The position numbers and the translations under genes were made by a program. 64,000 nt of DNA from Terracidiphilus sp. Lineage in GTDB: Bacteria > Acidobacteriota > Terriglobia > Terriglobales > Acidobacteriaceae. The notes under the pieces are model-generated. The model did no database searches. It was not told the origin of the DNA and saw nothing but the letters and a program-made list of their open reading frames with translations. Within the stretch, counting starts at the first letter, position 1; every line of letters begins with the position of its first letter. Below are positions 19,328 to 28,240 of this stretch, piece by piece. The DNA lies in the NCBI GenBank assembly GCA_050010735.1, contig JBEKKL010000011.1, positions 13,894-77,893 of the forward strand. Reading direction: 5' to 3'.

Positions 19328-20080
19328 CTAGTTCCGCCCTCCTGTTGGCGCGCCATTCAGGCTCTGCTTGCCGTTCAGCGACGGGTCGCCGAGGAATTCG
19401 GCGATCAGGGCCCGGTCGGTCTCCGGCGTGAGAACCAATTGTTTCGTGGCCTGGTCGACGGCAAGATCGGCGGCGAAGTGACGGAGCGAGCGGCGGGCCT
19501 GAGCTACCGAGGCTCCGATCTCCTGCTCCGCGGCGGCAACGATGCGGGCGCTCTCCTCGGCGATGGAGGCGTGGATGCGCTCCATATCCTGACGGCTCTC
19601 GGCCTCAACCTGGGCGCGAATCAGCGCAATCTCACCGTCCAGGCCCGCCAGCTTTTCTTCGATGGCGCTCAACCGGGCGCTGGCCTCGTCGGTCGCCTTG
19701 CGAGCCGCATCGATATCGCCGCGCACCTTTTCAGAGCGGCGGCGAAGGGTCTTGGGCAGCACGCGAACCAGCGGAATACCCACGCCGAAGACAATGATGG
19801 CGAAGTTGAGAAACTCGAAGACAGTGGCCACCCTCTCAGCCGGTGCTTTGAAGGTTTTTGCTGCCCACTTGACGATGGGGCCTTCGAGCCGGAAGACGTT
19901 TGCCTGCTCCTCGTCGGTGTTCTTTGCCGGAGAGGCCTCTGAGGCGGGCTGCTGAGCCGGCTGGGTTGCGGCCTCGGCCTGGCTGGCTTGCGGCACAGCT
20001 TGCGCAGCCAGTTTGGAGGACGCGGCGGCAACTCCTATGGCAAGCCCAAGAACAAGGAAAATACGGAAAAATAGCGGCAT
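19328..20080 (-). CDS. atpF: Fo ATP synthase subunit b with a ~90-aa N-terminal extension
   Basis: Start MPLFFRIF at 20080. The C-terminal two thirds form a b-type coiled coil after the TM segment FLNFAIIVFGVGIPLV. The N-terminus has an extra hydrophobic segment and a Q/A/P-rich tract. Confidence 0.8.
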   Translation of the reverse strand: MPLFFRIFLVLGLAIGVAAASSKLAAQAVPQASQAEAATQPAQQPASEASPAKNTDEEQANVFRLEGPIVKWAAKTFKAPAERVATVFEFLNFAIIVFGVGIPLVRVLPKTLRRRSEKVRGDIDAARKATDEASARLSAIEEKLAGLDGEIALIRAQVEAESRQDMERIHASIAEESARIVAAAEQEIGASVAQARRSLRHFAADLAVDQATKQLVLTPETDRALIAEFLGDPSLNGKQSLNGAPTGGRN

Positions 20081-20088
20081 GAAAGCTC

Positions 20089-20547
20089 TCAACGGGAACC
20101 CCCGGCGGCGACGGGCAGCACGGCGCGGACCACTTGGCGAGCGAGATCGGCAGCGGAGCTCTGAATGGCGATCTTGGCCGTCGCAGCCTCGGCTTCGAGT
20201 TCCGCCTTGGCCTGGCTCACCTTGAGGCTCGCAGCCTTGCGGGTCTCGTCGAGGGCCGCATCGCGCTCGGCCGACCACTGCTTGACGCGCTCCTCACGAA
20301 TCTTGAAGACCTCTCCGCGGGCCTGACGGAGCCTGGCGGCGTATTCGGCTGCCTTGGCCTCGGCGTCGGCGATGGCCCTCTGGGCATCCTCGATGGCGCC
20401 CTCGGTGCGGGCGCGGCGCTTTTTCAGGGTGGCTGTGAGCGGCCCCTGCACCAGGATCTGATAGGCCAGGACAAGCACGATAAAGAGCAGAATAGTGGGC
20501 ACGGAGCCGATAAAAAGCGTTCCGAGTTGTTGAACGATCTCTTGCAT
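20089..20547 (-). CDS. Fo ATP synthase subunit b' (second b-type subunit)
   Basis: Single N-terminal TM segment (IGSVPTILLFIVLVLAY) followed by an Ala/Glu/Arg-rich coiled coil. First gene of the operon. Confidence 0.8.
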   Translation of the reverse strand: MQEIVQQLGTLFIGSVPTILLFIVLVLAYQILVQGPLTATLKKRRARTEGAIEDAQRAIADAEAKAAEYAARLRQARGEVFKIREERVKQWSAERDAALDETRKAASLKVSQAKAELEAEAATAKIAIQSSAADLARQVVRAVLPVAAGGSR

Positions 20548-20673
20548 GCCGGTCCAGCTTCTTGACTTTGCTTCGTTGGTTCGGATCGTGGGGTCGCCCA
20601 GCGCACGGGCGATGCGGTTACCCTTGATTTTTCAGGTGATCCGCGTGGCTCACGGTCGCGGGTAGAACACCTT

Positions 20674-20702
20674 TTTGTAACAGGAGCCAACCCTCAAGTC
20701 AA
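20674..20702 (-). promoter_or_regulatory. candidate sigma70-type promoter for the atp operon
   Basis: In minus sense: TTGACT (20702-20697), 17-nt spacer, TACAAA (20679-20674). About 120 nt upstream of the atpF' ATG. Confidence 0.35.
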
Positions 20703-20966
20703 CGTAGAGTTCCCTTTTTTCAAGATTCTATCGGCGTCATTCCCGAAGCCTCGTGATGGTGGTCACTAATGGGAATTTATTCCTCAAAAAAAGCCTTGCT
20801 TTTACCGGAAACGGGCCTAGACTGAGATTATCACCTAGACCCGGTCCAGGGTCCAGCGGGCTGTCGGCCTCGGGAAGTCCTTCCACTCCCGAAGCTGGCG
20901 GTCCGCTTCTTCGTTTTGCGCCCTTTTGATTGCAGGCGGCTGCTTTTTCCCATTGTGGGCAGTGCG

Positions 20967-21914
20967 CTATGGCTTGGCGGCGGGTTTCTCCGGCGTCAGC
21001 AGACCTTGTGCGCGCAACCAGGTCTCCATCAGGCTGGGCCATTGGTCCAGAGAGGCGTCTCCCTTGCCGAGTCCGTAGCCGTGGGGACCGTTGGCGAAGA
21101 TGTGCGCCTCGACGGGAACGCCAGCCTTGACCAGCGCCTCATAGAATCGCAATCCCTGCTCGACGGGAACGGTCTGGTCATTGAAGGTGTGGAACCAGAA
21201 GGTGGGCGGAGTCTCTTTAGTCACGAACAGATCGGGAGAATATGCCGAGCGCAGTGCCTCGCAGCGGTCCATCAGGCTGAGGATCTTGCAGTAGCTCAGG
21301 TGCGAGGTATCTGAGGAGATGGCGCCGATCCACGGGTAGCCGAGAACCAGGTAATCGGGACGGCTCGAAACGCGTTCGACGGGATCGTCGGCGTCGGGAT
21401 TCCCTGGCACGAACTGCGTGCCGGCCAGGGCGGCCAGATGGCCCCCGGCAGAGAAACCGATGACCACGATGCGGTTGGGATCGATCTGGTAGTCCCGGGC
21501 GCGCGCCCTCACCGTTTGGATGGCGCGCCGTGCGTCGAGCAGCGGAATCGGAAGGATGTAGCCATTGGAAGAGAGCCGGTAGCTGAGAATAAAGGCGCGA
21601 AAGCCGTGGGCGGCGAACCAGTCGGCAATCTCCCGGCCCTCGAGATTGCCTGAGAGATGCATATATCCGCCACCGGGAAAGACGATCACAGCGGAGCCGT
21701 TCTCATGGCCCTTTTGCGGCTCGAAGATGGTGAGCGTGGGAGTGTCTTCGCAGGCCTTGCCCGTGGCCTGAGGCACGTCTCCAGGCCAGAGGCGGACGGT
21801 CTGAATCCCGAGAAAGGCGATGTCGTCGGACGCCGTCGCACAGGGCGGCTTCTGGGAGTTCGCCGGCAGACAGACGAGCAAAATGGCCGGGATAACTGCT
21901 GAGAACTTTCTCAT
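20967..21914 (-). CDS. secreted alpha/beta-hydrolase (HSL-type esterase/lipase fold)
   Basis: Start MRKFSAVIPAILLVCLPANS (signal peptide) at 21914. Oxyanion FPGGGY, nucleophile elbow GFSAGGH. Confidence 0.8.
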   Translation of the reverse strand: MRKFSAVIPAILLVCLPANSQKPPCATASDDIAFLGIQTVRLWPGDVPQATGKACEDTPTLTIFEPQKGHENGSAVIVFPGGGYMHLSGNLEGREIADWFAAHGFRAFILSYRLSSNGYILPIPLLDARRAIQTVRARARDYQIDPNRIVVIGFSAGGHLAALAGTQFVPGNPDADDPVERVSSRPDYLVLGYPWIGAISSDTSHLSYCKILSLMDRCEALRSAYSPDLFVTKETPPTFWFHTFNDQTVPVEQGLRFYEALVKAGVPVEAHIFANGPHGYGLGKGDASLDQWPSLMETWLRAQGLLTPEKPAAKP

Positions 21915-21990
21915 CTTAGCTGCCTCAATGCTGCTGGCCGAATTATAGAGCGGTTCTCCAATTGGCACGCCCCGAAAGGCAATCTGGAAG

Positions 21991-22017
21991 GTGGCTTTTT
22001 CTTAATGAAAAAGCCAC
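21991..22017 (-). terminator. perfect 11-bp hairpin downstream of bshC
   Basis: gtggctttttc (21991-22001) and gaaaaagccac (22007-22017) flank a 5-nt loop. There is no clear U-tail beyond the stem. Confidence 0.45.
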
Positions 22018-22060
22018 TCAAGGTTCGCGGTTTCAGAAAACACCCATTTTTGGAGAACCG

Positions 22061-23791
22061 CTATAGCCAAAGCTCAGTGTGGCCCGAGTCGGAGTTTGCG
22101 GCCTGCGCCGTGAGCGCCTCAGCCAGTTCAAAGCCATAGCGGGCGAAGTAGTAGGCCGCGCCGTGGAGACGCTCTTGCAAGCCGCCATCCGGATAGAGGG
22201 CATGGCTGATGGATTCGGCGTGACGGACAAGCGCGGCCTCGCGCTGCATCTGAAAGTTGGCCGCCAGCGTTCGCAGGCGGCTCATCTGGTAGCGAATCTT
22301 GCCGGCCGCCGTCTCGCCCGACTGGCCAAGACCGGTGTCGAGGGAGCGCATCCAGTCGACCAGCATCGTCAGTTCCCTGTCCATCGCTTCGCCCGCCGAG
22401 GTCAGCTTTTCCTTCCCTTCGGGGGGCATCGAACGGGCGGCCAGCAACTGAGCCAGGGAGACCGGCGTTTCGGCGAAGACTTGCTCCAGGATCAGTTCGT
22501 GCTTGCGCATCATTTCGCCGATGGCCGGCTCGATCAGCGTGGCCGAGAAGCGCGGCAGCGAAGGCGTGACACGGCCGAGAATGCGCTCGTAGAGGACCGC
22601 AGATTGGGCAAAGTAGGCGATCTCCGCCGGTCCGCCGACGACCACCGAGGACGAGAGCAGAGAGTCCTGAAAGACGGGCCGCAGCAGCGCCGAGGGCGAG
22701 ATGCGTTCGGGCTCGGCGTCGAGAATGCCCAGCAACTCAGCGGTGGAGTAGCTTTGCGACCCCGTCTTCCAAAGCCCATCCGGCTCAGAGGCGCTGGGCG
22801 CGTGATGCTTGAGGGCCTGCCGCGCGCCGTTCTCATCGATAAGGAATAGAAGGCTGGACTGAGGGGCCACGGCAACTTGCGCATGGTAGCCGGCAGCTTC
22901 GAGCTCCAGATTGCGGCTGACGAGTGCTAGGTGCAGTTCGTCGGCGCGCTCGATGGCCGCGCGGAGCACCGGCGCGCCAAGACGGTGCAGCGTCCGGCAG
23001 CTGGCATCGACGAGCAGCAGCCCCTGGGCGGCAAAGGCCCTGGCGTAAAAATCTCTGAAGGCCTGGGACAGGGTGCGGCCGGGCTTGTAGGCGGCGGCCA
23101 GAGCCTCAGTTGCCTCGGAGTCGCCGAGGAGTTCCCTCGCCTGGTCGATCAGGGGAGCGATTGTCTCATCAAGCACGATGCCGCCGGCCGGGTGGGCGGC
23201 GTCGGGTGTCTGGCCGGCAGGTGAGTAGACAAGCTTGCGCAGCTCGCGGCGGGCCGGGAAAACGACATGGTCGATCTCGGCAAAATCGTGGTCCTCTGTG
23301 GCCAGCCAGAAGATGGCGGCGTGAGGACTGCCGCAAGCGGTCGCCTGGCGGGCTCGGGCGAGGGCTGTTGCCGCCTTGAAGGGAGTAAAGAGCGGTCCGC
23401 CAAAGAGGCCTACCTGCTGGCCTGTGACCACCACTCCCGCGCCGTCGCGCAGAGTGTCGAGAGCGGCCGCGGCCTCTGTGGAGGGAGATGGATTCTGCTC
23501 GGCGAGCAGAGTCACCAACTCCGGCCAGTGCGCCGGGAGGGCGGGGCGAGCCGTCCAGTTCGTGAAGACTTGCAGGGAAGAATAGAAGGGCCGGACGGTC
23601 TCTGCTCCGGAGCAGTAGTCCAGAAAGAGCCGGTGCAGGCCCGGCACGACGGAGATGGGATGGCGCTCCGCGGTTAGCAAGGGATTCTCATGGCGATCTG
23701 GAGTTTCAATCGGGGTCTCGATCTGGGGTCTCAAGGCGAACCCAAAATGCGGAGGCGAAGACGGGATTCGGCTCCTGTTTAAGGATGCCAC
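22061..23791 (-). CDS. bshC: bacillithiol biosynthesis cysteine-adding enzyme BshC
   Basis: VVTGQQVGLFGGPLFTPFKA and AIFWLATEDHDFAEIDHV match the BshC signature blocks. Start codon is uncertain. Confidence 0.8.
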   Translation of the reverse strand: MASLNRSRIPSSPPHFGFALRPQIETPIETPDRHENPLLTAERHPISVVPGLHRLFLDYCSGAETVRPFYSSLQVFTNWTARPALPAHWPELVTLLAEQNPSPSTEAAAALDTLRDGAGVVVTGQQVGLFGGPLFTPFKAATALARARQATACGSPHAAIFWLATEDHDFAEIDHVVFPARRELRKLVYSPAGQTPDAAHPAGGIVLDETIAPLIDQARELLGDSEATEALAAAYKPGRTLSQAFRDFYARAFAAQGLLLVDASCRTLHRLGAPVLRAAIERADELHLALVSRNLELEAAGYHAQVAVAPQSSLLFLIDENGARQALKHHAPSASEPDGLWKTGSQSYSTAELLGILDAEPERISPSALLRPVFQDSLLSSSVVVGGPAEIAYFAQSAVLYERILGRVTPSLPRFSATLIEPAIGEMMRKHELILEQVFAETPVSLAQLLAARSMPPEGKEKLTSAGEAMDRELTMLVDWMRSLDTGLGQSGETAAGKIRYQMSRLRTLAANFQMQREAALVRHAESISHALYPDGGLQERLHGAAYYFARYGFELAEALTAQAANSDSGHTELWL

Positions 23792-23890
23792 GCCGGGGTG
23801 AGGCGATGCATAAGCATGGGTAGTTGGTGGTGCTTCCGGGTATCCAACTATCTCTCGCGACCACCTGAGAATCGCTCAGACTCGAGCTGG

Positions 23891-24910
23891 TTATGGCTGC
23901 AGTCCCTGGAACGGACCTGGATACCAATTGTCAATGACGACTGTCGAATGATCGGATCGGAGGAAAACATGATCCGGCGCAGCCTCACTGCTATCGGCAT
24001 ATTTTCTGAAGACAGGCGCGCCGGAATGATTGTCCCACTTCATCCTGGAACAGATGTCCGCGCGGCAGACGAGGTCTCGTTTGTTCTCAACCATGACTTC
24101 AATCTGCGACTCGAATCCGCGAGGAACCAGGACGCGCACTTCGCTTTGCGCATATGCCGACAGACCGCCGACGAATCTGGGACCTGTGAGCTTCAAATCA
24201 ATCTCTGAATAGGAGTTGAGCATCACGTGGCCGTGCGCGCCGGCGTAGTCGACGATTTGACCGTCGGCATCGACTGTGCCTGTAGTATTCAGAATGGTCG
24301 CGCGTCCGCCGACGGCTGAAACCCGCACAGGGCCGCTCAAATTGCGGAGTTCAACAGCGCCGACGGTATGAACCGTTAGCGGTGCTTCTCGGGGAACCTG
24401 TGCAATCAAATCGCCACGGCCGCCTTTCCTGCCTGCGGGATGCGAGGCGTTCACGCTAATCAGACTGCCAGTCCGACTCATCGAAACATCATCAAGGAAC
24501 TGGCGAGCTTCCGGTTCGCTGTCGCCTGCTCCAATCGCGCAGAATTGCAGCTCCCAATCGTCCCGACTTACACCGGCAATGCGGATGAAGCTAGTTGGCT
24601 CAGACGCTATCGTGAGAGCTGGCTCCTCTGCGAGCGGAATGTTCAGGGTTTCGAGCCGTGTCCGCGCGTACGGCGCCTGACCGGACGAACTAAGCCAGGA
24701 GTGCTCTCCCGGCGGGAGGAGCTGCGGGCGGTCAGCGCATTGAAACGAAAATGGCCGCTGCTCAAAAAGGAATTCTGACGCGGCTTCATGGTCGTAGCCG
24801 CGCGGTGAATTCGCCGAAGGAACTTTGGCCGCCACGAGCCAGGAACCCAGCCCAAGCGAAACCACGCCAGCGCAAACGAGAATCATGGCAGACCTGCGAA
24901 AACGAAGCAT
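23891..24910 (-). CDS. hypothetical secreted protein, possibly DUF4097-like beta-strand repeat
   Basis: Signal/TM segment MILVCAGVVSLGLGSWLVAA. The C-terminal half has repetitive short beta-strand segments (VELRNLSGPVRVSAVGGRATILNTTGTVDA...). Confidence 0.5.
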   Translation of the reverse strand: MLRFRRSAMILVCAGVVSLGLGSWLVAAKVPSANSPRGYDHEAASEFLFEQRPFSFQCADRPQLLPPGEHSWLSSSGQAPYARTRLETLNIPLAEEPALTIASEPTSFIRIAGVSRDDWELQFCAIGAGDSEPEARQFLDDVSMSRTGSLISVNASHPAGRKGGRGDLIAQVPREAPLTVHTVGAVELRNLSGPVRVSAVGGRATILNTTGTVDADGQIVDYAGAHGHVMLNSYSEIDLKLTGPRFVGGLSAYAQSEVRVLVPRGFESQIEVMVENKRDLVCRADICSRMKWDNHSGAPVFRKYADSSEAAPDHVFLRSDHSTVVIDNWYPGPFQGLQP

Positions 24911-24991
24911 CGCCGCCCCCGAATGATGACTGGCACCATTGTATGCGCGCCAAACGGTAAATGCCGAAAGATACCGGCCTTTTCCCGAAGT

Positions 24992-25294
24992 TCAGCCGCG
25001 ATTTCTATTTGAGCTTGAATGCCGCCAATCCAAAACGAATGCTGCAATAAAAGCTGGCGGCATGAGCCACATCAGCGGATAGATGCCTCCAGCTACAGCT
25101 CCCAATCCAGGATGTGATGGAGCCCAGAAGAGACGGAAGTAGAGCCGGAGGGTCAACAGAAATAGCATCCCCATACATGAGGCAAAACCGACACCGAAGA
25201 TAACGCCCCGTAATAGTCGAAGAAACACGTGCTTTGGGCCTCCGCTCCAATCATCATAAGAACGAGAGGACTGAATTGCCAGCAAATCGGACAT
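24992..25294 (-). CDS. hypothetical small membrane protein (about 3 TM segments)
   Basis: 100-aa ORF with three hydrophobic stretches. No motif recognised. Confidence 0.45.
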   Translation of the reverse strand: MSDLLAIQSSRSYDDWSGGPKHVFLRLLRGVIFGVGFASCMGMLFLLTLRLYFRLFWAPSHPGLGAVAGGIYPLMWLMPPAFIAAFVLDWRHSSSNRNRG

Positions 25295-25401
25295 TGCAGT
25301 TCATTCGCGCGCCGAATTCGTTCCGCGAAGCCAGCGCGTATACTCTGTATCTGATTGTGCATGTGATTGCGTTCTAATCGCCGCTGGAGGAGAGAGACTA
25401 G

Positions 25402-26079
25402 ATGCCCAAGAACAAAGCCGCGAAGGCTGCCGCAACTCAAGAATCCAAGGCCGTGAAGTCCAAGGCGAAGAAAGCCGCCAGGCCGAAAGCCAAGAAGGCT
25501 TCCAAGGCGCTGAAGCCTTTGGTGGAGGAGCAGGAGCAGATGATCAGCTCCGAGACGCTCTTCGAGGGGCCGCTCTTCAGCGTGGTGCACGACAAGCTGC
25601 TTGAGCCCGGCGGCCGCGCGAGCGAGCGCGACATCATCCACCACCACGGCAGCGTGGTGATCCTGGCTCTGGACAAGACGAAGAGTAAGCGCGACCCGTG
25701 GATCGTTATGGAGCGCCAGTACCGGCATGCCGCCCGCCAGTTCTTGTGGGAGCTGCCCGCCGGAAAGCTCGATCGGGGCGAAGACGCCATGGCCGGAGCG
25801 CAGCGCGAATTGGCCGAGGAGACCGGCTACAGCGCAAAGAAGTGGAAGCCCTTCCTGGTTTACTACGCCAGTCCTGGCTTCCTTGGCGAATCGATGCAGG
25901 TCTTCACAGCCGAGGACTTGATCGCGGGCGCCGCGCACCCTGAGGACGACGAGCAAATCGACTTTCGTCTGGTCAAACTCTCCGAAGCTCTGACAATGAT
26001 TGAAAAAGGCGCGATCGTCGACGGGAAGACGCTGTGCACGCTGCTCTTATATGCGCGCAAGTTTGCGAAAAAGCGCTGA
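25402..26079 (+). CDS. Nudix hydrolase (ADP-ribose pyrophosphatase-like) with a Lys/Ala-rich N-terminal tail
   Basis: Nudix box GKLDRGEDAMAGAQRELAEETGY. GGAGGAG RBS. First ~39 residues are KAAK/KAKK repeats. Confidence 0.85.
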   Translation: MPKNKAAKAAATQESKAVKSKAKKAARPKAKKASKALKPLVEEQEQMISSETLFEGPLFSVVHDKLLEPGGRASERDIIHHHGSVVILALDKTKSKRDPWIVMERQYRHAARQFLWELPAGKLDRGEDAMAGAQRELAEETGYSAKKWKPFLVYYASPGFLGESMQVFTAEDLIAGAAHPEDDEQIDFRLVKLSEALTMIEKGAIVDGKTLCTLLLYARKFAKKR

Positions 26080-26118
26080 TAGCTTGCTGAATCATATCGA
26101 ATCAATAACTTCCACAGA

Positions 26119-26156
26119 GGGTCGGCGAAGATGCGCCGGCCCTTTCCGTTTTTGTT
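26119..26156 (+). terminator. rho-independent terminator after the Nudix gene
   Basis: gggtcggcg (26119-26127) pairs with cgccggccc (26134-26142) with one G-U pair, followed by tttccgtttttgtt. Confidence 0.6.
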
Positions 26157-26264
26157 GATATTTCTCAAAGAAATATTGGACCCAATGGCTCAGAATCTCG
26201 TCTTAATGGAGAACGGACGCGCATTGGGCGCGCCGGGTCCACTGAACAAAGAAAGGCAAACTCT

Positions 26265-26495
26265 GTGGCTCAATACAAAGGGAAGGTCAAGTGGTTCAAT
26301 AATGCGAAGGGCTACGGATTCATTGGCCGTGAAGATGGGCCGGATGTATTCGTCCACTATTCGTCGATCCAACTGGATGGATACAAGACGCTGAAAGAGG
26401 GCGATGATGTGGAGTTCGACATCGTCCAGGGACAGAAAGGCGCTCAGGCGGATGCGGTCGTCCGGCTGAGAGATTCCATCCGCAACACGGCTTAG
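26265..26495 (+). CDS. cold-shock protein (CspA family)
   Basis: GTG start. [16 protein letters not shown] (RNP1) and VFVHYS (RNP2). Confidence 0.95.
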   Translation: MAQYKGKVKWFNNAKGYGFIGREDGPDVFVHYSSIQLDGYKTLKEGDDVEFDIVQGQKGAQADAVVRLRDSIRNTA

Positions 26496-26799
26496 CGGTC
26501 CGGAAGACTGGGCACAAGCGCTACGCCGCTGCCAAGCGGTGTAGTTGGGGTGCGGTCAATTTTCGAGCGCTTGTCACAAAGAATCCCAACCTCAGTAAAT
26601 CCACTGCTCCCAAGGCGTCTGTTGAGAGGCTCGTGGCTCCACATTGTCTGAGCTTCGATCAGGGGTCGGCTCGCAAGCTCTTTCGGGTCCGTTGTAGCAC
26701 TCATCCGCCGAGTTTTTCCCGGTATTTCCAGATGCGAATCCTCAAAAGCTGCTGGATTTGATGGCCGACAGTGTGTCAGTAGCGATAAGATAGGGCGCT

Positions 26800-27420
26800 A
26801 TGAGCTTACTCTATCAGGAATCCGGACAGGAACTGGATGACGCCGCACGCGGTGAATCTTTTACCAAGGGGAGCAGCCCACTGATTACGGCCAGCCTGAT
26901 CGCTGCGCTCGTGGTCTCTCTCATCGTCGCCTTCTATGCGTGGACCGGACGGAAGCCACCGGTAGTCACTGGGGAGGTCGTTCAGGTATGGGCTCATCCG
27001 CGGCACGTTCAGACGTCGGGATTCGACGCAGCCGGAGCGGCTATGGCCGTCGATAGCTTCGACGAGGTGCTGGTTTTCGCTCACATCAAGCTGGAAAACC
27101 AGACCAAGAATCCGCTCTATCTTCAGGACATTTTGGCCAATGCCACTCTGGCCGACGGAATCCTATCGGTCTCGGCTGGAAGCGGCGGCCAATATGAGGA
27201 GGTCTTCCTCGCCTATCCGGAGCTAGCTTCGCTGCACAGCACTGCGCTGTCGCCGCGCACAATGATCGCTCCAGGGCAGAAGCTGGATGGAACGGCCTTC
27301 TGGGCCGTCAGGAGGACCAAGCAGGAGTGGGACGCGCGCAAAGATCTGAACTTCACCTTCCGGTTCCAGTATCAGGATAGCGTGACACTCGCGCCCCACA
27401 CGCCCGTTATTGAACAGTAG
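26800..27420 (+). CDS. hypothetical single-pass membrane protein with an extracytoplasmic beta-rich domain
   Basis: TM segment LITASLIAALVVSLIVAFYAW. No catalytic motif recognised. Confidence 0.55.
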   Translation: MSLLYQESGQELDDAARGESFTKGSSPLITASLIAALVVSLIVAFYAWTGRKPPVVTGEVVQVWAHPRHVQTSGFDAAGAAMAVDSFDEVLVFAHIKLENQTKNPLYLQDILANATLADGILSVSAGSGGQYEEVFLAYPELASLHSTALSPRTMIAPGQKLDGTAFWAVRRTKQEWDARKDLNFTFRFQYQDSVTLAPHTPVIEQ

Positions 27421-28240
27421 GCGGAGCCGGCGCGCCCTTGGGCGTCGTCAGATAGCCGGTGATCTGGCCGTTCTTGGCGCCTACGGTGTTGACCACGATC
27501 TCGAAGAGCTGCGGATCCTTTCCGCTATAGAACTGGAGCGGTTCGTTCAAGTTCCGGTCTTTCTTCTCGTAGAGCTTGTCGTCGGAGTAAACGTCCAAGG
27601 TGAACTTATTCTTCTTGGCGTCGGCCTTCTTCAGCTCCAGACTCACCGTGCCCACCGGCTTTCTCTGTCCCTTGGTCAGGGTGAACTCATAGTAGTTGCG
27701 GTCGCCCCTGTGCTTGAGCAGTTCCAGCTCATCGCGGTTGCGGGCGATCAGACTGGTATGGTCGCTCAGATCTCCCTTCATGGACTGCAGCTGGCTGATG
27801 GTTGTGGCCAAGTCGGTCTGCGTCTTACCCAGATCGGTCTTGACGCCGCCCACGTCGGTCTTGACGCTCGAAACGTCGTTTGAGACCGCGGTCACCTGCT
27901 GTGCGGTCTGCTCCTGGGCTGTCTCAAGCCGCTTGCTGTCGGCCTGCTCGCGCCTGAGGATCTCCTGAGCGCGGGCGTCCATCTGCTTCTGCGTCAGGCC
28001 GAGGGAGTTGCCCAGTTCTTCAGTGGCCACCTTGAGGCGGGCGTCGTTCTCGCGCAGCTGAGAAGAGAGCCTGGCATTCTGCTGCTTCGCGTCAAGCAGC
28101 GCGGCCTCCTGACCGCCGATACGGGTATTGAGTGTGTAGCACCAGATCAGGCCGCCAATTCCAATCAGCAGGGCCGCGGCGAGGGCCGCCAATAATGCGC
28201 CTGAGTAGCTTCGGGAGGTCTCTTCAACTTCACTCATCAT
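27407..28240 (-). CDS. hypothetical membrane-anchored coiled-coil protein
   Basis: N-terminal TM segment LLAALAAALLIGIGGLIW, a ~130-aa Q/E/K/T-rich coiled coil with a short VKTD repeat, and a C-terminal beta domain. Confidence 0.6.
   Translation of the reverse strand: MMSEVEETSRSYSGALLAALAAALLIGIGGLIWCYTLNTRIGGQEAALLDAKQQNARLSSQLRENDARLKVATEELGNSLGLTQKQMDARAQEILRREQADSKRLETAQEQTAQQVTAVSNDVSSVKTDVGGVKTDLGKTQTDLATTISQLQSMKGDLSDHTSLIARNRDELELLKHRGDRNYYEFTLTKGQRKPVGTVSLELKKADAKKNKFTLDVYSDDKLYEKKDRNLNEPLQFYSGKDPQLFEIVVNTVGAKNGQITGYLTTPKGAPAPPTVQ

Noticed and set aside
20548-20966. Search for missing atpE (c subunit) or atpB (a subunit) upstream of atpF'.
   Set aside because: No ORF in any frame has the Gly/Ala-rich hairpin of subunit c or the polytopic pattern of subunit a. 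ORF 20737-21042 is not protein-like.
26496-26530. GGTCCGGAAG string resembling part of the SRP (4.5S) RNA conserved loop.
   Set aside because: The rest of the conserved SRP domain IV sequence (GGAAGCAGCC and the pairing partner) is absent, so this is a chance match.
26492-26704. 70-aa minus-strand ORF downstream of the cold-shock gene.
   Set aside because: No RBS or motif and an unremarkable composition. It overlaps the csp stop codon. The evidence is insufficient to call a gene.
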